DNA from: Naegleria gruberi
Taxonomy: Eukaryota
Strand: one strand, 5' to 3'
Assembly: GCA_000004985.1 (NCBI GenBank)
Contig: GG738881.1
Length of the DNA stretch: 64,000 nucleotides
The position numbers and the translations under genes are program-made. A model generated the notes under the pieces. It worked only from the letters and a program-made list of their open reading frames with translations. It made no database searches and was not told the DNA's origin. Positions 43,547-54,997 of the stretch are shown here, in pieces. How positions within the stretch are numbered: position 1 is the first letter of the stretch; every line of letters starts with the position of its first letter.

Positions 43547-44146
43547 TTCTTAATAAACATTAAACCTATTTTGTGGCTTTCTTTATTGGGTTTTAGTTAT
43601 TGATAAAATCAATTTTGTAAACCATGTGGAGCCACGTGGAAGCAACGAAAGAGAAAGTTGGATGATGGCACTTCAACCAAGTCTGGAAATTCAGCTGCCT
43701 ATGTCCATTAACTTCATTCCAATTATTGCATTTAACAAATCAAATTGTTTGCTTAATAAATCTATAAAACGGCAGTTGGATATTAAAGAGATAAAACGTT
43801 GATGATCCATTCTACAGAATTTAATAATTGCCTTAATAGTAGCATTCCATCATCAAACCTTGAGCTTCAATCCACAATGAAACTTTCAATTCTTCCTTCC
43901 ACACACTCTCAATATTTTCTGCTCGTTCGGACCTTTTTAACAAATTAATAAATTCATCCATCAAAAAAAAATCCAAAACTTGCGCTTCGCATTCATTCAC
44001 CACTTGCTTTTTTTTTTCTGAAATTTAAAGTGACGGTTGGAGAAGGTTACAAGGGCCTTGCAATTTTAAAGTTCAGATAATCTTCTGTAATAGAAGTAAT
44101 TATTGTAGATTATTGATTTTTTATTGAAGAAGAATAAGGAGATCAA

Positions 44147-44923
44147 ATGATCGGATCATCGGCTATGCTTTATGGAAGCGTGGAGGAACATTGCTTTTCA
44201 AAACTACAACAACAACAAGATCAAGTTGATAATTTATTTAATTTATATAAAGGATCGAAGAGGTCTTCTTCGTTTCCTTCGAACAATTGTCTAAAACGAA
44301 AGTTGGATTCAATGGAAGAGGATCAAAAGACGTGTTGTGATGAATTAGTAGATGAAGAAGCATGTTGTTGTTCGACAAGGAAGAATTATACTAGTAGATC
44401 ATCAACGTTAGCACAATTTGAAGAAAATGATTTGTTTAGAGAAGTAAAGAGAGTTAAAACGAGTTTAACTCTGTCACATTTACAATTATCAACGTCCTCA
44501 TCATCATCATCACTGGTTGATTCGATGGAACAGGATGAAGATGTTGTTAAAGAAAATGTGCAAAGCAAAATAATTCCATGCTACAGTATTTTGAAAACCC
44601 CTAAATCACCCCCTAAATCTAACACTGAAAAGAGTTTATCCAATATAATGATAAAAGAAATTTGGAGGAGAAAACTTCAATCATCCCTAATGAGTCAGTC
44701 AACTGGAGTGTCACAATTACCAAGAACTGAAATTAACTTACATAACGAGTACGATTTTGATGAACCTGAGGAACGAGCAGTAATGCCAAATAGTATACCA
44801 CGAGAAGAGCTAATGAGGAGGCTGAAGACGAGGATTGATTCTGCATCAAATGGAAGGCAGCACCGTTTTGATGATCCTCATTCAACAGGAATCAGTGACG
44901 AGTTTGATATGGCAGATGATTAA
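44147..44923 (+). CDS. Hypothetical acidic protein (258 aa), Ser-rich, no recognised domain.
   Basis: ORF with ATG at 44147. Acidic tracts (SDEFDMADD C-terminus, EDQKTCCDELVDEEACCCS). Confidence 0.35.
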   Translation: MIGSSAMLYGSVEEHCFSKLQQQQDQVDNLFNLYKGSKRSSSFPSNNCLKRKLDSMEEDQKTCCDELVDEEACCCSTRKNYTSRSSTLAQFEENDLFREVKRVKTSLTLSHLQLSTSSSSSSLVDSMEQDEDVVKENVQSKIIPCYSILKTPKSPPKSNTEKSLSNIMIKEIWRRKLQSSLMSQSTGVSQLPRTEINLHNEYDFDEPEERAVMPNSIPREELMRRLKTRIDSASNGRQHRFDDPHSTGISDEFDMADD

Positions 44924-44938
44924 TTTATTGTAAATAAA

Positions 44939-46609
44939 CTAGTGATTTAAAAATCTATTCAACCTTTTCATGGAATGTTCAAATGCTAAACTGTCCAAGT
45001 GAAATAAATTTGAAGCAATAGCTTCGTGATGTCTTTGATGAGGAAGTTTACCACTGTCAAGTGAAAGACCTGACATGAAATAAACTGCCAAGTAAGGAGC
45101 CATAACAAGGGAGAGTGTTGTAGTTTTGAGACGTGAGAGCATGAGAGAAATGGCTGCAGTGGTACCAACATGTAACCATCCATGAGTTTGTCTTCCTTCT
45201 GTCAACATTCGTTCAATATCCAATACTTCACCCAACACAGTTGGAAGGAAAATGAAAAATGGAATAGATGAAAGCAGTCTGGTATTGTACAAGAAGTAGG
45301 ATGATCTAAACATTAAACCAAATGTTGCAAATATTCCCAATTTCTTTGCTGATTCAACACAAGACCATAATTTCATTGAGTTTTCCTCCTCTCTCAAAAA
45401 GATATATTCAGTTGTTTTACCCTTTGAAATCATTAAACCAATAGAACTCAATTTTTTAACATCTGCATAAGGACTATTACTATACATATTTTGCAACATG
45501 TTAATGAATGGTAAATTTTGATGCAGTGTCAGGGTTTTAAAAAGGTTTGGATTAGAGTACATTCTTGAAATTACTAGGGCTGAAATCATTTCATTTTCTC
45601 TTTCTCTTGTTTCAACAATTAGTCTGAAAGTATCCAATCTGTGCATTAAAGATTCATGAGAAATATTATCGGCTGAAACAACATCTAGCAAACGTCTTGC
45701 CTTAGCTTGAATAGCAGCACTTCCTTCATAGAGAATAGAATTGAATATCGTTCCTAATGTTCCGTTTGTACAAATTTCCTTAACAATCTGGGTATATTTT
45801 TCATTATTTCCATCTCCAATAGTAATTTCATCTGAGAGATCCTTTCCACTTTTCAAGACATTTAGATGCAAATCCTTATTTTCAGATAATGAAATCAAAC
45901 TTTCCAAACATGCATAATGTGAGCTTTCCAAAATAAATCCCAAATTCCACTTTAAATCTGAAGATGGACAGGAACCCATAAATGTACTTCTATTCAAGCT
46001 AATTAACATTGTTGATCTAAGTATTGGTAAAATCCTTTCCACAACATTTTCATCCACACCATTGTTCTTAATACTTGCATTCAATTCATTACTTTTAGCT
46101 TTGATTTGTAAGAGTAGAGTTTCCAATTCCTCATAAATTGAAATAAACTTTCTGTCCCGAGCAGTGGTGACCATTACATTTTCATTGGTGGATGTGCCAT
46201 CTCCTGGTAAAAGACCATACATTCCAGGAGTGGATGGTCCATCATCATATTCATCATCTCTATCATTCATTTCTGCTTCCATAAGACGTTTTTCCCATTG
46301 TTTCATTCTGTTTTGAACCAAATCGTGTAAGTCATCAACAATTTCCGATTGTTGTTTTCGGGATGATGTAATTACTTGTTGGAGAAATGAAAAGGCTGGA
46401 ATAATAGAAAGACCGAACATTAAAACAGCCTGTTTAAAACTAAATGATGAAGAAGCACCTGTTGAATTATTACTCTTTGAATATTGTCTGTATTCTCCTG
46501 ATTGATCATTGGAATTTCGGAATTTATAATTACTAAAGATCTTTAATCTTGTTGTTGGTGATGATGATTTAGCAATATGTTGTGCTGATTGAACAATTCT
46601 CTTTAACAT
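44939..46609 (-). CDS. Hypothetical protein (about 556 aa) with predicted TM/hydrophobic segments near the N-terminus and in the C-terminal third.
   Basis: The track's M at 46618 is TTG; the first ATG is at 46609 (MLKRIVQSAQH...). No motif recognised. Confidence 0.4.
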   Translation of the reverse strand: MLKRIVQSAQHIAKSSSPTTRLKIFSNYKFRNSNDQSGEYRQYSKSNNSTGASSSFSFKQAVLMFGLSIIPAFSFLQQVITSSRKQQSEIVDDLHDLVQNRMKQWEKRLMEAEMNDRDDEYDDGPSTPGMYGLLPGDGTSTNENVMVTTARDRKFISIYEELETLLLQIKAKSNELNASIKNNGVDENVVERILPILRSTMLISLNRSTFMGSCPSSDLKWNLGFILESSHYACLESLISLSENKDLHLNVLKSGKDLSDEITIGDGNNEKYTQIVKEICTNGTLGTIFNSILYEGSAAIQAKARRLLDVVSADNISHESLMHRLDTFRLIVETRERENEMISALVISRMYSNPNLFKTLTLHQNLPFINMLQNMYSNSPYADVKKLSSIGLMISKGKTTEYIFLREEENSMKLWSCVESAKKLGIFATFGLMFRSSYFLYNTRLLSSIPFFIFLPTVLGEVLDIERMLTEGRQTHGWLHVGTTAAISLMLSRLKTTTLSLVMAPYLAVYFMSGLSLDSGKLPHQRHHEAIASNLFHLDSLAFEHSMKRLNRFLNH

Positions 46610-46627
46610 TTTTTTCAAAGTGCTTTA

Positions 46628-48889
46628 TTAGTTCATTTCCAAAGACAAACCTGGATGCACTCTTGTACCAGCTTGATATTTAATTCTCTTGGCAATGACA
46701 ACATTAATAACACAACCAATATGCATTAGAATACCAATAAAGAAACAAGTAATACCTGTAATTAATAATTCCCAAGAAATACCTTTACACACAGCACCAT
46801 CTGTTGCTGTAATATAATTAGCCATATATGTACAACCAGCAACTTCTGCGCCAATTGTTTTAAGTAAGGCATGTGCAAAAGTCAAAACAAAATTGAGTGT
46901 TTCTTGTGGGAATGTGGCAATGAAATTTTGAACATTAGTTGTAAGGAGATCAATTTGAGAAAGGATATTTGATGTCAAGGTACCAAATGAACTGACCAAA
47001 GTCTTAGCAGATGCAACATCAACAATTAAAGCATCCATATTGGCATTAATAATGTTCAAGGTTTGATTGTAGGAGGCAATTTCTGCCAAGGCTGCCAGTT
47101 GAGTATTGTGTTGTAATCTGGTTGCATTCTTGAGTGTTTCACCTTCAACTTTGTCAGAGTTTGAGGCAAGTCCGGAAGGATCAAATGTTTCAAAATTATC
47201 ATACGTATAGGTAGCTGATATTTTGGCAGTGGTGAATGCATTGAGAGCATTAAGAGCAGCATCAAAATCTGTTGCATTGAAACCGGAAAAACCAGAAAGA
47301 TTATTCAATGATGAAGTACCATTTGCAAGTTTGGCCCTAGCATCAGTGAGGGTACTTGTATAGTCAACATTGATAGAGCCAATAGAAGATGTGGTCATGG
47401 AATTCTTTGCACTTTCGGTAACAGAAGAAATGTTAAAAACTGAAGCTTGGGTGCTGAATGAATCAGTTACAGAAACGAGCATACTGTTAATACCCAAAGC
47501 AGAGAATGCATCAGTACCAAATACAACATCAATCAAAGATTGACCATCTTTACAGGTAGACATGGTTGTTAACATTACAGAAACGTTTTGGAATTTGATT
47601 CCACCAGTTCCAGTGAGCATACTTGACAAAGCTTGATCACCGATAGATCCAACAGTTTTTGGACCATTTGTGCATACTTCATTGATAAGCATAAATGCTG
47701 GAACTTGAATACCTGCCAAAAGAATGAAAATCCAAGCAGTAATAAAGGCCAATGTAGTTGTAATATGTACACACCAAGTCTTTCTGAAAATAATACCAAT
47801 AAATACAAAAATGTAGATTATTCCACACCAACAGAAGAGGACAATGGAAAGTGAAACTCTAATATTTTCAGCAAGCTTGGAATAAGTCTTAGCGTCATTA
47901 ACTGTTTGATTGTTTAGGTAGGTGTCAACTGAGGATTGAATTGAAGCAATAGGTTGTTGAATACTTCCCAAAGCGCTACTGAGTGAAGGACCAAATTGGC
48001 TTGAAATTGTGTCATTGATAAGACTTTTAACTGAACTAATCTTGGTCTTGATGGTATCTTTTCCAGAATCAATCGATGATTTGGCAGATGTAATTGCTTG
48101 CAAGCCAGATGTAATGGAAGGAGAAACAGTTGATTTGATATCAGGAATTTCACTAGAGGCTGGAACTCCACTAAGTTTTGGACTAGCTCTCAAAGTGTCG
48201 ATACCACTTCTAATATTTACAACTTCCTTGTTGATATTTTCAATGGTGGATGAGTTGAAGGTGCCTAGTTGTGTGATTGTGTTTCCAACAAGAGTTGAAA
48301 TTGTATCTAGAGGTGCAGTTGCATTCAGAGCCTTATTTAAAAGTGGATCGATCGCATCTGGGAGTCCATTTAATTGAGTGGTAATAATGGCTGGGAGATT
48401 ACCAACATTTTTCAGGGAACCAGTGACACTGCTAGTAAATGTCAAAGTTTCATCAATCATGACTCTCACGTGTGTTGAACCTTGGGCAGAGAAGATCACA
48501 CCAATAATTCCCAATAGAATAAAGCAACAATAGAGCACAGCCAAGACAATAGCTGGAGCAATAAGGTGCTTTCTCTTGTAGGCCTCAGATGATGTTGGTA
48601 CATTTGAACCACAGAACCCACAACATCTACAACAACAGAATATCATTATTGCAATATAACCAATCACACCAAACAGAATGGGGATCACAAGGAAAATTGC
48701 TAAGAAAATAGCATACTCTATATATTTAGCTCCATCTAGAACCTCCTCCGAAGACGTTGGGAGGGCTGTCCTCACTGTCTTAACTTGCCCCATAGTAAAG
48801 GCAATATTCTGGGCATTTACTGTTGTAAGGATGATAAGGAATACAAATATTATGTACAAGGAAAATCTAGGGACAATTTGAAACGACAT
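46628..48889 (-). CDS. Prominin-like pentaspan membrane glycoprotein (753 aa).
   Basis: ATG at 48889. Signal peptide MSFQIVPRFSLYIIFVFLIILTTVNAQ. TM1 followed by a Cys cluster (IMIFCCCRCCGFCG). TM2, a ~250-aa Ser/Thr/N-glycosite-rich loop, TM3, TM4, a second large loop, TM5, short tail. Topology and the post-TM1 Cys cluster match prominins. Confidence 0.5.
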   Translation of the reverse strand: MSFQIVPRFSLYIIFVFLIILTTVNAQNIAFTMGQVKTVRTALPTSSEEVLDGAKYIEYAIFLAIFLVIPILFGVIGYIAIMIFCCCRCCGFCGSNVPTSSEAYKRKHLIAPAIVLAVLYCCFILLGIIGVIFSAQGSTHVRVMIDETLTFTSSVTGSLKNVGNLPAIITTQLNGLPDAIDPLLNKALNATAPLDTISTLVGNTITQLGTFNSSTIENINKEVVNIRSGIDTLRASPKLSGVPASSEIPDIKSTVSPSITSGLQAITSAKSSIDSGKDTIKTKISSVKSLINDTISSQFGPSLSSALGSIQQPIASIQSSVDTYLNNQTVNDAKTYSKLAENIRVSLSIVLFCWCGIIYIFVFIGIIFRKTWCVHITTTLAFITAWIFILLAGIQVPAFMLINEVCTNGPKTVGSIGDQALSSMLTGTGGIKFQNVSVMLTTMSTCKDGQSLIDVVFGTDAFSALGINSMLVSVTDSFSTQASVFNISSVTESAKNSMTTSSIGSINVDYTSTLTDARAKLANGTSSLNNLSGFSGFNATDFDAALNALNAFTTAKISATYTYDNFETFDPSGLASNSDKVEGETLKNATRLQHNTQLAALAEIASYNQTLNIINANMDALIVDVASAKTLVSSFGTLTSNILSQIDLLTTNVQNFIATFPQETLNFVLTFAHALLKTIGAEVAGCTYMANYITATDGAVCKGISWELLITGITCFFIGILMHIGCVINVVIAKRIKYQAGTRVHPGLSLEMN

Positions 48890-49610
48890 TCTCTCTAAAT
48901 TAGAAGGAGGATTTTTTGTAAAGAAAGGATTGATACGAGAGTATTAAGGTCGTTTTTTTCTGTTAAGAAATATTTTGAAAAACGTCTTTTGTTCTTTGTG
49001 TGCCATCACAACTCATCGCTTCAATAACAATTTCTGATGGAGAGAAACAGTTAATGTAAGGAAGAGCGGGAATTTTCGGTTGAAACAAGTTCATTTGTTG
49101 GCGGGATTCAAGTGGAATCAACTAATTTGGATTAGTCATCCAAATAAATCCATAATAAGGCAAAAAATAAGGTCCTTAATGTAGAATGCAAGACTTTGAC
49201 TTGTACTCCACATGCCATGTAGTAGTATTTTGCACTCTATAGAAACTTTTTGTATGCCTCCTTGTGCATGTTGTCAAGCAGTAACCTAACGGCAATGTCT
49301 ATCAAAATTTGTGTTGAAATCATTTCATTAATGATGGGATGTGAGGGAGAGGAATCTTACTAGAAATTCTCGGATTGTATTAATTGGGGGTTTCTGTTGC
49401 TTGTATAGGTAGTGGCAAATAATTAAGAGATACTAAAGGAAATAACCTAATCTCTTCCTTATCCAGATTCGATTTCCAACACTATTTCATGATAGTGAAT
49501 AATTAAAAAGTTGATGTAATTCCATTCCTGGTGTTATTATTCTGTGCAATCTTTGCATTATTCAAATCCCATATAATATTTACATTAATTAATTATTTGA
49601 TGAAAATTAT

Positions 49611-50105
49611 TTAATGAAAACATCTCGAAAGCACAAAGCAATCTGGTGGATCTAATCGACGGTAGAATTTTTCAATTCGTGTGATGATTGAAAAATTGTG
49701 CCTCTGATAGAATTTAATTCCATCATCATTGTTGACTTGTGTTTGTAGGTAGACGGTGATGAGTTTCTTTTGACACTCCACTAATTCAATAACTTGATTT
49801 AATAATTTAGATCCGATTCCTTTTGATCTGTATTTTGCTAATACAGCCAATGAAGCAATGCAAAGGCCGGATGTGTTTGGACAAGCATGAGGATCAGATT
49901 TTAGAACACAACCAATGGCTCCGACAGCTTCATCTTTACCAGTCTTCGGATTTTTCACAAAAGCAACAAATGAATACTTGTCTTGCACCATTTGACTATA
50001 GATTTTAGCACTAAAATTTACAGGTAATACTATGCCATTAATTTGAGCCATGTCTAGTGTCAAATCATCATTTAGAGGCAGAATAGTTATCTCACCTACA
50101 GACAT
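49611..50105 (-). CDS. NAA50: GNAT N-acetyltransferase, NAA50 (NatE catalytic subunit)-like, 164 aa.
   Basis: ATG at 50105. GNAT motif A (RSKGIGSKLLNQVIE). C-terminal ...FYQRHNFSIITRIEKFYRRLDPPDCFVLSR closely parallels the NAA50 consensus (FY.K.GFEI.ETK.NYYKRIEP.DAHVL.K). Confidence 0.65.
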   Translation of the reverse strand: MSVGEITILPLNDDLTLDMAQINGIVLPVNFSAKIYSQMVQDKYSFVAFVKNPKTGKDEAVGAIGCVLKSDPHACPNTSGLCIASLAVLAKYRSKGIGSKLLNQVIELVECQKKLITVYLQTQVNNDDGIKFYQRHNFSIITRIEKFYRRLDPPDCFVLSRCFH

Positions 50106-50183
50106 TTTTTTAATGATGAAGAAATTTCTTTCTTCCTTTAAAAAATAGAATATTGTTAGTGCAGCACTGGTATTAATATTTAA

Positions 50184-51563
50184 TTAACTCAGCAGAATAT
50201 TATTCAATTCATGAAGGACCATACTCGTTCCTAATGAAGTATTTTGAGATTTAAGAATTGGTGATTCCATTGGTAGACTCAAATGAGATGGAGGAGATTC
50301 AAGTTGTGATCTTCTACGGGTTGGAGTTGGCTTATTCAAAACACTTAAATCTAATGTTGGTACAACTGCCTTTTGATTGGCGACTGAAGTTGGAGGTATT
50401 TTAGGATTTTCTTCTTTTGAAGGTTGTTCCTTGACAGGTTTTTGTTTCTGCTTATTCTTCTGGCTTAACATTTTTTCAATTTCTTGAGCATCCTTGAAAT
50501 CATTGATAAACCTTTCATGCACATTTTCCATTCGCTTAGTTACTGCATGCTCAGATCCTAGTTTGTTAATTGAAATAGTAAGAGCCTTTTCATGAAACAT
50601 GGCTGCTTTTGAAATTTCCATCAAGTGTTCCAACTCTACAGCAATGTTATTGTGAGCAACAACAATACTTGAATAGAGAGCATCGTGTGATATTAATGGC
50701 GATCGCTCCTTGTTCGAAATGCCTATCGATTCATTTTTCTGGAGGGAGAGTAATATCTCAAGGGCAGTGTTTGCATGAGCTAGGGATTGTTTGTGTTTTC
50801 CAAGTTTTGATAAAATTGCTCCAATATTGAGGTAAGAGTCGGCCAATCCCACTCCATTCTCTTCAACAGGAAGATCAATCTCGATAGAGAAGGCTCTCTG
50901 AGCAAATTCAAGAGCCTCTTCAAACATATTCTTAATTCTGAAGACAAAACTGATATTGTTCAATGTCATTGATTTCATCTTTCTGATATTATCGAACTCA
51001 ATTCCAAATTCTAAGTATCGGAGGGATCTCTTTAATATTCCAATACTTTCATCTGGTGTATCCCTATAATTCATTGAAAACGAATTACATAACAAGATGA
51101 ATTTTTTACAAGCGTCCTCAGTCTTAATATCTGATTTTCCATAAAGATCTACCAATAAATTCAGCCTCTTCTCCCATACATCAAGGCATGAGAGTGGATC
51201 TTCCGAATTCTCCAACTCTTTGGCTTTTTCTTCTAAATTTACAGCTTCTTGTAGCTTTAATCGTGTTTCTTTCATTAAGGCTGCATGATTAATTTCATTG
51301 AGAGTATCATTGATATTTTGTTTTATACTTTCTTGTAGTTGAAGAAGTGATGTAGAAAGTTCCTCGTTTTTTCCGATATTAATGTTTTGTTTTTTGTTGT
51401 TATATGTCTTGTTATCAGACTGTTCGTGATGAGTCTCAATTCGCGGGCTGATGAAATCCTTCTTTCTCTGATATTTTCTTCCAGGAGTCTTCTCCAAGAA
51501 AGCCCTAGCTTTAAATATTGGTTTTACAGGAGAAGAAGCAACTATACGATGTCTATTCTCCAT
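50184..51563 (-). CDS. TPR-repeat protein (459 aa).
   Basis: ATG at 51563. Several 34-aa TPR-like helical repeats (ALEFAQRAFSIEIDL..., GLADSYLNIGAILSKLGKHKQSLAHANTALEILLS, AMFHEKALTISINKLGSEHAVT). Basic C-terminus. Confidence 0.5.
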   Translation of the reverse strand: MENRHRIVASSPVKPIFKARAFLEKTPGRKYQRKKDFISPRIETHHEQSDNKTYNNKKQNINIGKNEELSTSLLQLQESIKQNINDTLNEINHAALMKETRLKLQEAVNLEEKAKELENSEDPLSCLDVWEKRLNLLVDLYGKSDIKTEDACKKFILLCNSFSMNYRDTPDESIGILKRSLRYLEFGIEFDNIRKMKSMTLNNISFVFRIKNMFEEALEFAQRAFSIEIDLPVEENGVGLADSYLNIGAILSKLGKHKQSLAHANTALEILLSLQKNESIGISNKERSPLISHDALYSSIVVAHNNIAVELEHLMEISKAAMFHEKALTISINKLGSEHAVTKRMENVHERFINDFKDAQEIEKMLSQKNKQKQKPVKEQPSKEENPKIPPTSVANQKAVVPTLDLSVLNKPTPTRRRSQLESPPSHLSLPMESPILKSQNTSLGTSMVLHELNNILLS

Positions 51564-51884
51564 ATTTTAATATTCCACTCTCCTTTCTATGATTTTTAAA
51601 ATTGTGTTAAATATTTGTTGCTGTTGGGTTTTTTGAAGAAAAGGCCGTTCAATGACGTTATTTTTTGAGAAAATGGAAAAGGCCAAAATTCTCTTCATCA
51701 TCCTCAGTTTGAAACATCTGATCAAGTTTAAAATTTCATCGTTATTTATAAGACTTGCAGTTGTAAGAAGTTTGGCGCCATTTCAGTAAACATTGCCAAA
51801 AAATCAAAAGAAAAAAATTGAAAACATAATTTTAGTTTTCTCATCATCTTGAATTATCAAACAACATCGGAATAGAGGGTTGGA

Positions 51885-54800
51885 ATGTCGAATCAACATA
51901 GGAGACCAACATCTTCTTTTCAATTACATGAGGACTCTTATGAACCGAGCTGGAGTCAACAATTTAGTCACAGTACGAGGACTTTTAGACAAACGGATGA
52001 TTATTTAAATGATGTATATCCAAAACGACCAAATTCACAAACATACTTGGACAAAATTCGAGAAAAGAAAAGAAACACTGTTCTTTCAGATCCCACTGTT
52101 TGGGCAAAAGAAACAAGGGATCTCCTCAAAAAGGATATGAGTATTCCTTTACCAAGGAAAATTAAAAGAAGAAATGTTGGAGGAATACCCACCAATACAA
52201 TTGGCAGAAGGATTAAGGGCAATTTGTACAAACAAGCCCCAATACTACCAAAGGAAAACCAATTAAATCCAGCCCTTCCTCTTCCACCAATAGCAGAATC
52301 AGAGTTGGATAAGGGTTTAATTAATTTAATTAATAGAAAGTTGGTACCATCATTCATTGATTTGTCACCACTTGTAAATAACGACGAGAATTCACCAATA
52401 ACTGCTTCACAAGCTGTTTTAAATCCCTATCACTATCAATTAGTTAAGAAGAATGTACAAACGGAGGATACTGCAAACTCACATCTTTATAGAATGGAGA
52501 GTGGTCCACCAAGCCCGGAAAGAGAAATACCCTACACCACCAGATCAAATCCAACAACAAGGAAAAAGGAACCCTCAATAGTTCCATTCGGAAATCAAAA
52601 AATTTACAATCTCAAATCAAAAGATGCCACCGTTTATATGCCTAAAAATTATATTCAACAACCAATTGATTCAGTTCTTGATCCAACTGAGGAACAACGT
52701 ATCAACTCATTGCTTGAGGCAACAAATGATAGAAAAAAGCAACAATATTTGAGAACCTATATTGACCTTATGGATGAATACAGTTTGCATCATGTTATTA
52801 TACGTCATGGATCATTACTGGATAATACTCCAGAATATTTGTCATTCTATAGAACTTATCAATATAACTGGAGTAGAATTTATAGCGTTCTTTCCCTATT
52901 GGAAAAACTACTTCGAGACTTTACAGTTCCTCTGGCTTACGTAGATGGTAAGAAAGTTGTTTTCTTAGCTGAAAGAACTATAGATCCGAATAATAGACAA
53001 TTGATTGATTGTTTGGTTAATGCTGAAAATGTAATTCCTTACATAAAACTTCCAGATGTTAAATTCATGGGAAGAAATGGGCAGAATAATGCAGCAACAT
53101 GTATTCAGAGAATTTGGAAAGGTTATATACAAAGAAAAAGGTTTTCAAGACTCAAGTACGAACATAAAATGGCCACAAGAATTCAATTTTGGTGGTTCCT
53201 TAGAGTTAGATTATTCAGGACCAAAGAAAAAATTCAGAAAATTATACACGACGAGGAATTCAAATGGAAATCAAAGATGGATGAATTCAAAAAGAATTGG
53301 GATACCATTAAGAAATCAAAGAGGACAATTATTCACATCAATTCTCTTACATATGATGAATCTGTAAGAACAACAACTCCAAAATTCAAATCATCCCAAA
53401 ATTCTCAACTCTTCAGAATTTTGGATTTATTGGATCCAAATGTAGAAGTAGTATATGTTACATCTGAGCCATTGGATAGTGATGTATTATCATATGTTTG
53501 TAAATTATTGGAATTTGGAGGAGTTGAGGAACCAATGAGAAGACTCAAAGTAATTACACCAGAATCTAATGACAAATATCCAGATTCGACAAGTTTATCA
53601 TCTCTTGTTTATTATTCCCAAAGAACAATGAGGCATTTGCGAACTCTTGTCATGGGTAAGACGGCGTACCTTGTTCCAGGTCAACTCGGAAAAGACGATT
53701 TAAGACTTGCTATCAAACTTCAGTTACCAATTTTAGGATCAGATCCTGTTAACTCTACTATTTATGGAACCAAGTCAGGAAGCAAGAGAATTTTTGCTCA
53801 AGCAGAAGTGAATATGCCTTTTGGAATTTATGATATTTATGAGGAAGAAGACTTGATCTCTAATTTATCGAGGAAACTAATGGAATATCCACAATATTCT
53901 CGTTGGATAATTAAGATAGATAACGAATATGGAGGAAGAGGCCTTGCTTTCTTGGATGTAAACAAACTTTCCTCACTCAAGGAGAAACGAAGAAATGAAC
54001 CAATGTTTGCTGAGAGGTTAAGGGCCAATCTTGCAGAAGAACTGGGAGAATACATGCCGGAGAGATTGAACATTGTATCGAAACATGTGTATCCCCAATG
54101 GCCTGATTTCCTCAAAGCACTTAAAGATTGTGGTGGAGGTGTTATTGAAGCTGTTCCAAACAAGATTATCGGTTCTCCTTCTGTTAATTTGTTCATTGAA
54201 CCCAATGGAGAAGTTAATATTTTATCTGTACAAGAACAGTTAGTCAATTCTCAATATTGCACCATGTCATGCTCTTTCCCTCATTATTCTGCGCCATATG
54301 ACGCACTGAGAGAGGCATCCTTCTCAGTTGGAAGAGTATGTCATTCCAAAAAGATATTCGGTTATGTAACGATAGACTTTGTAATATTTGTTGACGAGAA
54401 GGATTGTGCTAGAATGTGGGCAGTAGATCTAAAGTTAAGACTCACAGACAATGCACTCTCACATAGAATGTTCGAATTGATTACCAAATCAAGATTTGAT
54501 AAGGACAGTGGACAATCTCTGAGCTCTGAAGGCTTAGAGAGCGAAATTAACAATAGAAGCTACATATACAGTGGAATGATGAGAAATCCTGCAATAAGCT
54601 CTTGGCATCACTCTTCCTTCTTCAGCGATTGCAGAGTGAATGGTTTTTCCTTGGACGGATACGGAAAGTTTGGTGTTATTTTCCAACAAGTTGATTCATT
54701 ACTGAGAGGGCAACTTGGTGTTTTATGTATTGGAAAGACTGCACGAGAGACATCTACACTATTCTGCAATTTAGTGAACTATCTAATAAGTTTGATACCT

Positions 54801-54890
54801 AAGGAAGATCGTTTACCAATCGGTTATGATTCCAATCTGAAAATCTTAGAAGAAATTGTTTCAAACCTCGTTCATGGTAGTAATGAATAA
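51885..54890 (+). CDS. IQ-motif-containing protein with a C-terminal ATP-grasp-like region (possibly IQCH-like), 1001 aa.
   Basis: ATG at 51885. Tandem IQ motifs AATCIQRIWKGYIQRKRFSRLKYEHKMATRIQFWWFLRVRLFR. C-terminal half has ...IKIDNEYGGRGLAFLD... reminiscent of ATP-grasp/TTL-type folds. Family assignment is tentative. Confidence 0.45.
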   Translation: MSNQHRRPTSSFQLHEDSYEPSWSQQFSHSTRTFRQTDDYLNDVYPKRPNSQTYLDKIREKKRNTVLSDPTVWAKETRDLLKKDMSIPLPRKIKRRNVGGIPTNTIGRRIKGNLYKQAPILPKENQLNPALPLPPIAESELDKGLINLINRKLVPSFIDLSPLVNNDENSPITASQAVLNPYHYQLVKKNVQTEDTANSHLYRMESGPPSPEREIPYTTRSNPTTRKKEPSIVPFGNQKIYNLKSKDATVYMPKNYIQQPIDSVLDPTEEQRINSLLEATNDRKKQQYLRTYIDLMDEYSLHHVIIRHGSLLDNTPEYLSFYRTYQYNWSRIYSVLSLLEKLLRDFTVPLAYVDGKKVVFLAERTIDPNNRQLIDCLVNAENVIPYIKLPDVKFMGRNGQNNAATCIQRIWKGYIQRKRFSRLKYEHKMATRIQFWWFLRVRLFRTKEKIQKIIHDEEFKWKSKMDEFKKNWDTIKKSKRTIIHINSLTYDESVRTTTPKFKSSQNSQLFRILDLLDPNVEVVYVTSEPLDSDVLSYVCKLLEFGGVEEPMRRLKVITPESNDKYPDSTSLSSLVYYSQRTMRHLRTLVMGKTAYLVPGQLGKDDLRLAIKLQLPILGSDPVNSTIYGTKSGSKRIFAQAEVNMPFGIYDIYEEEDLISNLSRKLMEYPQYSRWIIKIDNEYGGRGLAFLDVNKLSSLKEKRRNEPMFAERLRANLAEELGEYMPERLNIVSKHVYPQWPDFLKALKDCGGGVIEAVPNKIIGSPSVNLFIEPNGEVNILSVQEQLVNSQYCTMSCSFPHYSAPYDALREASFSVGRVCHSKKIFGYVTIDFVIFVDEKDCARMWAVDLKLRLTDNALSHRMFELITKSRFDKDSGQSLSSEGLESEINNRSYIYSGMMRNPAISSWHHSSFFSDCRVNGFSLDGYGKFGVIFQQVDSLLRGQLGVLCIGKTARETSTLFCNLVNYLISLIPKEDRLPIGYDSNLKILEEIVSNLVHGSNE

Positions 54891-54997
54891 ACTCATTCCA
54901 ATCCATTGTACTTTTCCTTAAAATCATTATTCTTGTCCTATTGTTATAAAGAGTCATTTTGATGGATCATTAAGTGGCATCAAATAATTTTAAAAAA

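Noticed and set aside
44939-46609. Considered calling the 556-aa protein a peroxin (PEX3-like) because of its N-terminal basic/TM segment.
   Set aside because: No convincing motif-level similarity could be established by eye, so it is left as hypothetical.
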